A stretch of 63,884 bases of DNA, counting the filler, from Hyphochytrium catenoides (lineage: Eukaryota > Protista > Hyphochytriomycota): assembly GCA_900088475.1 (NCBI GenBank). It is 9 parts of 9 records of this genome, joined end to end, with 100 filler letters (N's around TTAATTAATTAA, not from the genome) between each part and the next. Parts side by side here need not be neighbours in the genome. Positions count along the whole stretch, not along the records: positions 15,050 to 33,352 come from FLMG01002609.1; positions 33,453 to 38,486 come from FLMG01002889.1; positions 38,587 to 50,578 come from FLMG01002681.1; 6 more parts are not named here. One strand, 5' to 3'. The translations under genes and the position numbers were made by a program. Shown here one piece after another: positions 24,332 through 40,582 of this stretch. The notes below the pieces were generated by a model that was not told where the DNA came from, did not search any database, and was given only the letters and a program-made list of their open reading frames with translations. The stretch's first letter is position 1, and every line of letters begins with the position of its first letter.

Positions 24332-27245
24332 TCATCCATAATAATTCTCGATCAAGAGCTCCTGGCTCCTCTCTCCAGCCTCCAAGTGGGCAGAGCCTTC
24401 CAGGTAAGCGGCCAACGATCTGAAGCGGTAGCTATAACGTGGATCTGTGTAACCGCTGCGCTCTAGGCACTGGCTTTGATCGAGCCCTGTCACCTCTGAA
24501 GCGGTATCCTGCGACTGGTCCAAGACACTCCTTGATTTGTCAAGGTCAAAGCTCTCTTGAAGCTCTGCATGGACTTCTGTCTTGTCTATTTCCGCAGGAG
24601 GAGGAGCAGGAGGGAAGCTCTCCACTTGCTGCGCTGGCTTGAAAGAAGAGAGTTTGCCGTGCCCTACATTCGTGGGGGCTGTCACACCTGGTATCTGCTC
24701 GAAGCTCTCTCTCCTTCCTGTCGCTTCTCTCCATCTCCTCTCGGAGCCCAGTATAGTAGTATCGCCTAATGGTAGGCTGCCGAAGAAGATGGACTTTACC
24801 GGCAAAGAAGGAGAAGGTGGCGGTCTGACGGTGGAGAGAGAAGCTGATTGTCTGTCAGACAGTAGAGAAGAGGGTGGAAATGACGGAGCGCAGGGTGACG
24901 AAGAAGAAGGGAGAGCAGGAGGAGGATGTTCTTCCAGCTCGTTCAGAGAAGGAAGAGCATCCACTTCAGACATTCTAATCTTATCCTTGACCACTTGAAT
25001 GTTAACCATGGGACTGGTGTTCAGCTTCATGAAGGGGATGTCCATGTGCAGCTCACTCTCTTTGACTCTGCCATGAGGGGAGAAGAAAGGGCTATGGCTT
25101 GCCATTGAGCTCTCACTCCCTCGGTTCTCCCTCTCTTTCCGCTGCATCAAGTTCCCTTCTAGCCCATTCTCTTTCTTCGAAAGGAGAAAACTCTCTCTCT
25201 CGCTGCCTCCGTTGGCCTCTCTTGCCTCTCCGGTAAGCATGAAACTTGTTTCCAGCTGATCCTGCGACCTCTTTCGCTCGGAGAGTCGCTCTTCTTCCTC
25301 AAACTCGTCCACAAAGTCATATTCATAGTCGTCTCCATCAGCTCCTTCTGACATCGTCCCCGAGGATTCTACGCCTGACCGCCCTACGGATGTGAAGACA
25401 GGAGAGAGCTTGAGGGCCTTGGAGCCTTTTCTTTTCTCTTTCTCTTTGTGTGAACCCTCTGGCATGGTTGTTGATTTCTTTCTCTTCTCTCTCCTTTTAT
25501 GACTCTCTAACAAATGCTTCTGAATGGCTGGCCGGTGCTTGGCTTGCAGTGTCTGAATTCTCTCAGATGTAAAGCCCCCTATCCAAGCCTTGTCATGAGA
25601 AGCTGAGACTAAAGCGTCGCACAGGCAGTGATGGGGGTCTCCACTCTCTATCCCCTGAAGTCCACCTCCTTCAGAAAGCGCCGCAGCCAAGCTGTTCCTG
25701 TCAAAAGCTCTCAGAAGCTCATACACCTGGTAAGGACAAGATGAGCGAGCGGTCAGACAACAGAGATACTTTGGTGTCCCAGGAAATAACACCAGATACG
25801 GCTAGGCACAAGTTATGGCAGATGGCCAGTCTAAGTAAGGAAAGGGTCATGCCACGAGAGAGACAGAGACAGCCATAAAGAGAGAAAGGCATGTGGTAGG
25901 ACCAAGGCAACGCACAAGTCCCGCAGGAGCCCGACGCAGACACGCTCTAAGCATTCCTCTTCTCTCTTCTCCCACTCTTGTCTTGTCACCTCTTTCTCGC
26001 TGTCATCAAGTTCGTACCAGAATGGGGTCTGTGGTGCTCAGAAGCTTCTCTTCATTCACCTTCAAAAGGGTGAGACCCACCCGGAAGAGCACTTTGCTGC
26101 CTTCATGAAAGAAGCAGTCCCATATTCTCAGTGTTAAGTCCAAAGGAAGGGTGTTGACGAAGAGACAGAGGAACCACTTGAAGGTGAGCGGCTCTATCTG
26201 CAGGTTCAGAGCGAGAAAATGTGCGTGCAGAGCCGGAAGTCGCTCTGCCAGGAGATCCTGAAAGACTTTTTGGTCCACGTGGCTACCCACCATCACCTCT
26301 GTGTAATAGTCAGGCACCAGATCTTCAACAATAGCTGCCAGCACCCAAAAGGCCTCCTCTTCGTCCATGTGCAGAAGGAGCATGGCAACGAGGAAGTTGA
26401 GGCTTTGACAATAGCCCACTTCAACATTCCTTAGACTATAAGCCAGCAATACCCGGCGCATGTTGGCAATCCCTTCCTCTGTCTCGAACGCCGACATGTT
26501 AGGAAAGGTACGATGCAGATCTTTCTCTATCTCTTGCGCTGCTTTCGGAGGACACTTTACCGCTCTCTCTACAAGCTTTCGATATTCACAACCTCTTGCG
26601 CAAGAGTTCTTGAGTCGTCCAGCCCCGGAACAGAGCCACCACACCCTTCCTCGCAGCTCAGGAGGCACTCCTGCCCGTACAAGCTTGGAGAAATGCCTAC
26701 ATCTCGGGTCTGCCTTCTCACTGATGGTCGCGAGTGTATGACGGACCTGCTGGGATGCTCTGTCTAGCAAGCCGCGATGCTCGGTACCTTCGCCATTCGC
26801 ATCTCTGAAGCGCGCGCGGCTCCTGTGCCAGCGCTGATAGACGGGAAAGAACTCTTCTAAGTCTGGGAGGAAGCCTCCAAACTCTGCCTGGAAATCGTGC
26901 CACTTCTGCCTTTGTCTGGGTATCCAATCGTACTCTGAAGGCCTCAGACCTGTGGCGACGGCCGTTCTGTACAGATTGTCAGCGCTCAGACCTGTCTTGT
27001 TCACAAAGTCCTGGCGCTGGCACGCTCCTTCTTCTGCTTCTCGCTCCTTTGGTGGCTCTGGATCTGGGGAAGAGGAGCGAAGAGGACGGCCAGAGAAAGT
27101 GGGAGAGAATGAGACCAAAGAGAGAGAAAAGAGATATGTCCGGGCAATAAAGGTTAAAAGAAGGAGAGAGTGACCTGATGGAGAGCTGAGAGAGAAACGA
27201 TAGAGGGAGAAGACCTTCGATCGACAGAAACTAGCGCCCTGTGCT

Positions 27246-27308
<63 letters not shown>

Positions 27309-27492
27309 CTTTTTTTTTTCGGCCCAACGGACAACCTCTCTCATTTCTTTCCCTTCTTCTGACTCCCAACTCACCCAGAGCCAGGCATTGAGGTTCTTCA
27401 CTGACAATCGGCTGCAGAGCCGGCGAATAGTCAAAGTTGTCACTGGTGACCATCGAGTCGAAGGAATCGCTAGGTCTCTCCATTCTCGGCAT
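24332..27492 (-). CDS. TBC-domain Rab GTPase-activating protein with long low-complexity C-terminal tail
   Basis: GVPPELRGRVW, EIEKDLHRTFP (Arg finger), GYCQSLNF (Gln finger), EEEAFW, KWFLCLF, RIWDCFFHEGSKVLFRVGL in ORF 26006-27334. A phase-1 exon starting at 27492 splices to the acceptor near 27062. C-terminal exon is within 24332-25792. Extra 5' exons are possible. Confidence 0.88.
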
Positions 27493-28099
27493 CGAGACAA
27501 ACGCACTCGTTAAGCCGGATAGACAGCGGGAGAGAGAGAAGAAAGAGAGAGAGAGAGGATAGAGAAAGAAAAAGAGAGAGAGCTGAGGAAGTATCTACGA
27601 GTGCTTACTTCCTCGCTCTCAGCTGAACCTCTGCTCTTTAGCCTTACGTCTCTTGGTCTTTTCTCTTCATTTGCGCGTCCAATAGCTTGAAGTCTATCCT
27701 CATTCTCAAATGTACAAGAGCCAAAGACATAGAACTGAGGAGAGACAGAGATCCCATGAACAGAGAATGAACTGGAGAGAGAAGAGAAAGGAGAGAGAGA
27801 CCAAGAGAAGACGGAACGTCTTAGGAACTGGCTGATCCAAGGAGAACGAGGCTAAATCACGGCCCGCAGACGGAGAGAGAAAAGAGAGACACAGCCAGAG
27901 AACGAGTCAATAGATGCTGCCAGGAGACTGATGATGTAAAAGATTGAGAGAGACGTCTTCCACGCTGCATTGAGGTGCAGCTCTTTCTGTTTCTGCAGCT
28001 CTGAGTAAGCAAAGCTCTTCCTAGTATCTGAGCGTCACTCACTTGCGGGGCTTCCTTTCTTCCTCTTTACCTTTGGTTTATGTCTTGACGGTGATGGTC

Positions 28100-28338
28100 C
28101 AGTTCTCTCTACTTCTCTGTTTCTCTCTCTCTCTCTCTCTCTCTCTGTTCTCTCTCTCTCTCTCTGTTTATCCCTCCTCTCTGTTTTTCTCTCTCTCTCT
28201 GTTTCCCTCTCTCTCTCTCTCTGTTTATCCCTCTCTCTCTGTTTCTCTCTCTCTCTCTCTGTGTCTTCCTCTCTCTCTCTCACTTCCTCTCTCTCTCTCT
28301 CTGCTTTCTCTCTCTCTCTCTCTCATTGTCTCTCTCTC

Positions 28339-28371
<33 letters not shown>

Positions 28372-28372
28372 T
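28100..28372. repeat. (CT/GA)n microsatellite tract (others at ~1087-1260, 27251-27305, 32290-32378, 58755-58891 and many more)
   Basis: Directly visible dinucleotide runs. They generate the many spurious SL/RE ORFs in the track. Confidence 0.95.
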
Positions 28373-31300
28373 TCGCTTGAAGTAATAAAAGGCCAGTACA
28401 AGCGCCCAAGAGACGGCATGGAGAGAGTATGGCAGCAATCAGTCACTTAGAGAAGCCCATTCGTGAGACAGAACTTGAAAGAGGGCGAACCAGATCAGAA
28501 GACAGAGGGAATTGGAAGGCTGGGGAAGTCTATGATAATGGCTCTCAAAGAGATGGAGTAAAGGGCAGAAAGAGATATGTAAGGAGGGACAGAGAAATAC
28601 GAGAAAAGGAAAGGAAGAAGCAGAACTACTACTGGAGAAGTTCTGAAGTCAGCGTTTTATGTGCTGATTTTATCCAAGTTTTTGCAGTTGATTCAAACAA
28701 ACGGACCATAAGTTTTTCAATATGATTATCAGATTAGTGATTCCGGGATCACTGTTGAATCTGCCCAACGATCTGATAACTGCGCCCGCATGATGAAGAA
28801 ATTTCTGCCGGTTGACGATGAAGATTTGCTGGGTTATTGGTGTTCTTCCGGACATCCATGTTCCGTCTTTCTTTATAATGCGCGGCACTATTAGCTAGCG
28901 GATGATGCTCCTACCGCGGCCGACAACTGGTGATGTGCCGCCGGTGCGATGTGGCCATCTTGCTGCTATAGCTAGCTGCTGAACGAGACTCTTTGTTGGT
29001 TCTTCCTACAAAGAAGACGAGAAGGTTCCGACTTCTCCTCATCATAGGCGACACTAACTGCGGCTACTAGAACCTGAGGCTTTGTTCGTTCTCAAGGATG
29101 ACCGTGCTGACCTATTTCGTTTTTAGAGACCGATGGCTGATGTTGTCATCTTAGCAGGAGCATGATGAAGGCGCGTGACGATGATAGTGGTAAGAAGGGT
29201 GGTTGTTGTCCGCTTACGAGCTCGTCGTTTATCGATAGAACCCATAATAAACAACGTCATCACCACGCTTGTTTCGTTCCAGCACTAACACAATGCTACG
29301 CCGCTTCTCCTCAGGGCCAAACCCCAAGCAACAGTAGGCGGAAGCAGCTTGCTGTTATAATATCGGTCCCAGACAAGTGGAGACCCAGTCCTTGCAGCAT
29401 CATCGATATCAGTCTTGGTAATGTCCTCTCCTCGCCCTCCTCTATGCGATCCTGCTGTTGCTGTATGCCGATAATAACAGATGAGCCTAACAACCAATGG
29501 AAGAATGGGAACTCCTGCTGCCCCTGTGATGCGACTGCTACGACGACGATGGACGATTGACCGCCATTATCGTTGATGCTGCGCACAACAAGCACCACGA
29601 TCTCCTTCTCTTTGCCTACCGATATGTTCCCTTTCCGTGCTCGGTTTTCCTGTCTCTGCATTGCTGCTTCCTTCCGTCTGCTACTATCAATCCTCCTCTC
29701 CTTCTCCAACCATCGATAGTGCTGTTGTTTAGACCATTGTCTTTATTATGTCTTTATTGGTAGGCAGGGAAGGGAAGAAGAAGAAGAGACAAAGTATAAG
29801 GAAAGGAATGGCGCCAGCACTTTCTCCATGTAAGAATTGGCGGCCGCCGTGGCCTTTGCTATAATATCTTATTATCAGAGGCAATACGGAGTAGTGGCAA
29901 AAACCAAACAAGAGAAGATGGAGAAAGGCAGCTAGGTCCAGAGAGGATAAGAATGCCGAGCAAGGAGGACGACAGCTTTCAGCAAGGACAGGCCAAGGCG
30001 TCCATGAACAAAAAGAAGTGCTACCCATCATGAGAGAGAGAGAGGGCCATTAAAAGCGACGGCAAGACCAAAGAGGAACTCTACAAGGGACGGTGCTCAC
30101 CATCACTGTCTTTCTGACAGGTTCTCCTTTATTAGGTGAGGAACCTTGATTCATTGACTGAAGGAAATAAAAGCAGCAACGGCCTGTCAGTCTCTTAGCA
30201 GCCTGTCCTCGCTCCTCCTTCTCCCTTCACCTCACACTCGGGAAAGGAAAGCTGCTGTGAGCCTCTCCGTCGTATTGCCACTGGCCGTCTCCCCTTTGAG
30301 GTGGTTAAGGGAAGTAGCCGACCGCCCTCTTTCTGATTCATCGCTAAAAGAAACGACATCATCGGAAAGCCCCTCCGAGCACCCGGTCACGAGTGGGAGA
30401 TGTAGAATCTAGTAGCGTCCGCGGGAAGGAATATAAGGGAAGATGAGAAAGAAGAAGAGGAATCCAGATAGGACGCACTGGGCATAGGAAGGGAGAACTG
30501 AGGAAGAAGAGGAATGAAGCAAGTCAGGGAGGAACGCAGGGCATCTTCAGTTCTGAACAGCTTCCTTGGCACGTGCAAGACACCACTATTCAGCCGCACC
30601 AGCTCTTTCAGTGGTATGTGGACTGACATAACCCCGTCAATTGCTTGTGCAGGTTACAAGAGGAAAGGTTTGCAGGGAGGCTAATAGAGCCACAGGCACT
30701 CGCAGAGAGGGCAAGGCAGGGCCCTATGAGGTCAATGGCAATAGAGAGGGCACAACGTGGTGTGACGTCAATGCGGCTTGCAGTTGAGATATCAGGTAGT
30801 AGAATTGAATTCAATGAGAAAGATGCTGCTAGAGCGCAGATATCCACATCTCATCTCGCCTTATGCACGAAGGCCAAGTATTCAAGCTAGCTGGATCTTC
30901 CTCAGGTCGTGCAGCTCGCTTCACTAAAGGTTTCAAATCTCTCTTATTGCGCTCTGAAGCGTTTTGAACTAGAAAGTAAGGAGGAGAAACAGATAGGAAA
31001 GTGAACAGAAAGCAGAGAAAGTTCCACAGCAGCTGCAGTTCAGTCAAGAAGGAGAGAGGGCGTGGCTTAGCCACCACGACCAGAGACAACTGTCACCCTG
31101 GTCAACCGTCATTTGCAATCAGACGGCTGTTATACTTATGCTTCTCAGTATCACACGACAAAAGCAGAAAGGAGCAAGCAGAGATGTGCAAGAGAAGAAG
31201 ACGTCAGAGATTATAAGGTAGTTCCCTGTGAGGAACAAAAGACTGAGAGCATCATCACTAGTAGTTGAATTATGAGGGCTACTGAGCTCCTTCTCTCCTC

Positions 31301-32323
31301 GCATGTAAAAGTACCAGCAGAGGGCCTTCCACAACTGGAAGGTTCTTGAATACACTACCAAGTGAAGAGTTATTAACTCTTCTTTCTCTGAGATCCTAGG
31401 TCTTTCAAGTTCTAGATGGAAAGAACTGCCAGACTCCCCTGCCTGCGAGGAGAAGAGGAGAGACACTTTGCAGACCAAACAGAGGCTATTTGCATGTGAA
31501 AGGAGAAGAGAAGGGCCATCGTCTCAGGAGGAAACACTGGGGAAGAAAATAGAAAAGTGATGACGAGCGAGGACTGGAGAATGAAGCTGGGAGAACTTTG
31601 CAGCCAGCGGACAGCGGACGGGCTGGTAACGGAAGTAATATCCATCATCAGCCTTTCTTTTCCTGTTCCGTCTTTCTGCTAATTCCCTGCTTTGCTTCTC
31701 TTAGATTGTTGACTCGAAATCGTCCTTCATCTAGGAAGGAATATGTAAGAAGACCGACGGACGATGATGAAGTACAAGCAGACTGACTGCTGGGCGGGAA
31801 ATGCGGGGTTGTTTGCATAGAAGAGCATGAGAAGGAAGACATTCCGATTGATCGGCCAGCTGCGGTCAACAAGCTTCCTGGCAGAAGTGGAGACAGCGGG
31901 GACGTAGACGACAGGCAGAGAAGGGGCTACCTTAACCTCTCAGGAAACTATGGCCCAGAAAAGCAAGGGCAGAACGGGGAGCCAAAGATGATGAAGGGTT
32001 AAGGACAAAGAGAGCCAGAAAGATGGAAGATTGGCGGACATAGACACTGGGGAAGAGAGAGACAGAGCGAAGCAGAGAGAGGGCGACAAGGCACAATGAT
32101 GATGGTGCCACGTAACCGACGAGATGACAGCAGAAGAGCGAAGGCCATGGTCGGCTATCTTTGCACCAGCACCACGTCAATGCATGAAACAAGGGGAATG
32201 GAGGCAGAGAGTGGAAGAAAAGATAACAAGAGGAAGACAAAGAGAAAGGAGAGAGGAAGGCGAAAGAATGAGAGAAAGGAGAGTGGAGGGAGAGAGAGAG
32301 AGAGGAAAAGAGAGAGGAAGAGA

Positions 32324-32382
<59 letters not shown>

Positions 32383-33452
32383 TTTGTCCGTTGGCGGCCC
32401 TTGATCCACGCTTCTCTTGTACGAATGCTGATCCAAACACAGAGTTAAACCAAACCCACATTTCCATTTCCACATACAATAAGCTCCTGAACACAAAGTA
32501 AACCGCAACTAGAGGTGTGTGTTTAGTGGGGCTTCTGAATTTTACAAGATTCGAATCAGAAAAGCTGCCTAGGCTTTTTCCCGTCTTCTTGGCTAAAATT
32601 CTCAGAGTGAAAAGATATATTTAGCCTCCCTAGGTTTGAGCCAATTGGCGATTAGGATTTATCGATTTCAAATGTCACAGTGGCCACAACGTCCTTTGGC
32701 CCTTTTGGCCCCTGGGCCTGTTGTAGAACTTTCGCCCGTGCCTCTTTAGGCATTTGGCCCATGTCGGTCCGATATCCACTGGGGTATGGACCTATAGAAA
32801 CCTACCTCAAAGGCCAACGCCCCATGAAAGCATATACCCATGAATAGAGCTGTGAAATTATTATTATCTGCAGGCTATTTTGGACACGGTCTTGGGGGTT
32901 TTAGAGTGTACGGGGCAGTAGTAATGCCTGTCTCGTCCCCATAGAAAAGGTGATTTAGGTGAGACTATTCGCTAAAGTTCTATGTATGGCTTATTGGGCC
33001 TTTGGGCCAGCCACACAGCTGGTGACCCGTTTACGCAAGTTCTACAGAAGGTCAAAGAAATAACGAAGGGCAACAGACATATGAAAGACAGAGCGAGAGA
33101 GAGAGGCAAATAGAGATACAGTGCGCGGATAGTTTTGCAGGGTAATAGTGCAAGACAGAATAGAAGAGAGATGATCTGAGAGAGAGAGTGATGGACACGA
33201 AGGAAGAAGACAAGGTATCCGCTGCGCTCCTCCTCCTCCTTCCTCCTCTTTCTCCTTCCTCTAAGGAGCTTATCAGCTGTGCTTCGCCGCCTTCGCTCTT
33301 GGACGATCTTCAGAAAGCAGCCGCTTCTTCTTCTCTTTTCTCTCTCTCTCTCNNNNNNNNNNNNNNNNNNNNNNNNNNNNNNNNNNNNNNNNNNNNTTAA
33401 TTAATTAANNNNNNNNNNNNNNNNNNNNNNNNNNNNNNNNNNNNNNNNNNNN

Positions 33453-37299
<3,847 letters not shown>

Positions 37300-37975
37300 G
37301 TAAAGATAGCCTCTTCTGGCATGTTAGCAGTCTGTTAGGATCTGACCTAGCGTAGGAAATGAATATATTTGCGTGACCAGCAACGAAGTGAAACATCTAG
37401 TTAGCTTCTCCCCTCAATCTATCCCGCTGTCGCTTGTCTCTCATCTCTCTCCGTCTCGAACTCCCTTTTACCTCTTCTTCTCTCGCTTTGTTTGCTTGTC
37501 TCTCAAGTCTCTCCCTCTTAATTCATGATACGCTGTATGTCTATTCTTTTTGTTCCTTCCTACTAAGACTTCATAATCTCTCTCTCTCTCTTTTTACTCT
37601 TCTCTCTCTCTCTCCTCCCCCTCTCTTTCTCCTCTGTCGGTAAGTCTCTCCCTTGTTCTACAACGGTTGATCTGTCAAGAAGACGAACAAATAGCATTCA
37701 ACCTAATAGAGAAGTATACCACCTCGGTACTGGCTGAGATAGAGAGAGAGAGAAAAGAGGATCAAGAAGGGGTTTGAATGTACACTGAGCTTGTCTACAC
37801 CGCGAAAGAGAACACACAGAAACGCTCCCGAGTATCGACAACACAGGCGGGCACACGTCTGAGAGAGGGAGTGTGGCGCCTGGTGGAGACTTGCTATTCA
37901 AAGAACGTGGGAGGACGAGAGAGGAAGAGTTAAAGAGAGCGGCGCCGTCTTGCATTTTTCCGAGAGAGGTGTGAG

Positions 37976-38437
37976 TCAGCAGCAGTAGATGTCAGGATCC
38001 TTCTGATACTCCAAAGAACGGGCCTTGAAGTCCTTGAGAGAGGCAGCAGGAGAACAGGGCAGTAGAGAGTGAGGCCTTACGTACTTCGTCTCTGTCTCTC
38101 TCTCTATGTGTGTGTGTCTCTCTCTCTCTCTGTATGTGTACTTCTCTTCTCCCTTCTCTGTCTTTTCCCTTCTTGGCCCTTCTTTGTCGCCCCTCTCTCT
38201 CTCTCTGGTTCGACCTTCCCTTCGGTTCTCTCTCTATAACTCTCTCCCAGCTCACTCTCTTCCTCTCCCCCTGCTTCCTTCTCCTTGCTTCTTCTCTTCA
38301 ACGCGATTTCCCGTTGTACCTTTGTGGTGAGCGTCACAATCCTCTGAAGAATGGAATCTGCGCCAATTTCGACTTCCTCTTCTGTCTCCTTGAGCTTCTT
38401 GGAACCATCACCAGCGCTGGCACCGGTGCCATCCATC
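37976..38437 (-). CDS. 3' exons of an unidentified gene ending ...KDPDIYCC*
   Basis: Exons 38437-38320 (MDGTGASAG...ILQRIVTLTTK) and 38032-37976 (DFKARSLEYQKDPDIYCC*) join in phase 0 across a CT-rich GT-AG intron. Anything further 5' is lost in the spacer. Confidence 0.5.
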
Positions 38438-39718
38438 CTGAAGAGGAGAGAGGAGTGTGGTGAGAGAGAGAGAGAGACAGAGAGAGNNNNNNNNNNNNNN
38501 NNNNNNNNNNNNNNNNNNNNNNNNNNNNNNTTAATTAATTAANNNNNNNNNNNNNNNNNNNNNNNNNNNNNNNNNNNNNNNNNNNNTCAACACCGTCGAG
38601 CTCAGCCGTCGCGAGAAGACAAGCAAGAGAAGGGTCCAGCTGTTCAGAAGGAACGCGCTTCAAAATTTGAAGTGCATTTTCTTCGTGAATGGCCAAAGAC
38701 ACTCGCGTGTGAAGAATTTTTCTGTTGTATGTTGTACAAAAATAATTCCTTACTAATGGTTCTGCTACAGTATACAAAAAATAAACACGGAAAGGCTTGC
38801 AGAGCGGTGAGGAAATCTTGGTAGAGCTGCTGATGTTAAGAGAGCCATTTCAAATCATCTGCTCCAGCAGCTCAGTGACCATTTCTGCCCATGCAAACCT
38901 TAGCGTTTCCCGCGAACTCACCTTATGCATTTATTTATTTCCTAGATTCCTACACTTACGAGGGGGGCCAAAGGGGGGCACTTCCTAGATTCCTACACAT
39001 AATATTGGGCAATATTCTATGGACTGCGTACTGGTCGGTAAAGAAATGCTGTTAAAATTTGTACTCGTACTGTTCTCGTACTTGTTGGACGGACTTTTCT
39101 TGAGAGAAGAAGCCAGAGCTGTCCTACGTCCGCGGGCTTGTCATTGATTGAGATTATGATCAGCGGGTTCATTGGGGATACTCCGTATCATCTTTCCCTC
39201 CTCCTTTGTTGTTGTTGGCTCTAGCGATGACTGAGGAGCCTCGATGGCCAATGCTTTGCTTTGATAAACAAAGGGCTATCGAACTCTTTCCTAAATTGTG
39301 CTCCAGCACCAGAGTCCAGGAGCGGAGGGAAGGAGCACCCCGTTATGACTGCCCTTCCTTTCCCTCCGATAAGTCAACATACAGCCATAATATTCCTCGG
39401 AGATATAACATGACCTACCGCAATAGCACCACGAGGAGGGCTTACAGACACAGAAGAAGTATTGACGGCTGGCGATGGCCGCCACCAGTCGTCGTCTATC
39501 CTCTTCTTCTCCATCAGCAGGAGGAGTGCCGCCGTCGTCACCATCGCCATCGAAAGAGGAGCCTTGAGTCATACATCATTACAGAGGAGGTCTCAATCTC
39601 ATCATAGTTCATTACCTTTGCATCAGCATATCGGCTGCTAACCGTAGTCGTAGTAGGACGATTGAATCGCGCAGAGACACAACGGCAGCTAGTGGGTGGT
39701 AGCTAGAGTAGCAGAAGG

Positions 39719-40582
39719 ATGCTGCTTCTTCGTCTCACCATTAGCCGTATATTGCTCGCTTTATCTTGGTGGCTGATCCATTTTTTGGGCGACCACACTG
39801 GAGAAGCCACAGGTTACGCCGACCTCTATAAGTGTCTCAACCTACTACAAGATGCAGGCCCTGGAAGACCTGGAGAACCCTATAGCATAGGTCCGCAGTC
39901 GACGGTGTTGTTCCTCCAAGACCCCGTGAAGTGGAGCGCTTTTGCCCCCGCATGCTGTCTGGATGAATTACGACGTTTGGGACTAAACAGGGGTGGCTCC
40001 TATTGCTGTGTGACGAAGGAGGCTCAATACTTCGTATCTTCGCCTTCCGCTTGTCCGACGTATAGCGAAGTGCCGATATGCTATCGATCTGCCAATCCAA
40101 GCTGGTACATTCCTCCCTCATGGCAAGGATTCTATAAACCGCCTTCTGAGCACCAAATCTTAGCGGCGCCTCGGCAGGACGGTACGCCAGCGCCACCGCC
40201 TATGAATGCTATTGTAACAACGCCAACAACTGTCAGAGGCCCAACATCATTCCCCCAACCATCATCCACACCAACAACGTCAGTGCCAGAGGTCGAAAGA
40301 AGAACAAACCCGAGTCCAACCAGCTCAAAGGTTACAGAAGAGCCAACAACAGCATCAGCATCATCTAACCCAGAAAACGATATGGCCACGACGACAATGT
40401 CTCCTGTCGCTCCATCGAAAGCATTGGCCAGTCAGCCGACAACAACGACGGTTGTATCGACAGCACCTCCAGCGCCGGATGCCTCTTCCTCCGCAGCAAG
40501 ACGTTATGCTGCTCAGATGAGCTTGGTGCTGTTGGCTTCGGTAGCGTCACTTTTTCTAATAATGCTCTCTGACAGTAACTGA
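39719..40582 (+). CDS. Probable secreted, GPI-anchored cell-surface protein (Cys-rich head, Ser/Thr/Pro-rich stalk)
   Basis: Intronless 287-aa ORF: hydrophobic N-terminus, domain with 7 Cys (including ACC and YCC), mucin-like PTTT/PSST stalk, then SSSAA, a spacer and a hydrophobic tail SLVLLASVASLFLIML. Confidence 0.78.
   Translation: MLLLRLTISRILLALSWWLIHFLGDHTGEATGYADLYKCLNLLQDAGPGRPGEPYSIGPQSTVLFLQDPVKWSAFAPACCLDELRRLGLNRGGSYCCVTKEAQYFVSSPSACPTYSEVPICYRSANPSWYIPPSWQGFYKPPSEHQILAAPRQDGTPAPPPMNAIVTTPTTVRGPTSFPQPSSTPTTSVPEVERRTNPSPTSSKVTEEPTTASASSNPENDMATTTMSPVAPSKALASQPTTTTVVSTAPPAPDASSSAARRYAAQMSLVLLASVASLFLIMLSDSN

Noticed and set aside
27231-28450. ORFs rich in SLSLSL or RERERE (also near 1-1.3 kb, 32 kb, 45-50 kb and 58.7 kb)
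   Set aside because: They are translations of (CT/GA)n microsatellites.
28900-32100. Protein-coding gene in the 29-32 kb interval (for example ORF 30645-30890)
   Set aside because: Only short ORFs without motifs or a consistent exon chain.
32670-33030. Possible hAT/MITE with ggccc-rich subterminal motifs
   Set aside because: The putative terminal inverted repeats match only over a few bases and no TSD was found.
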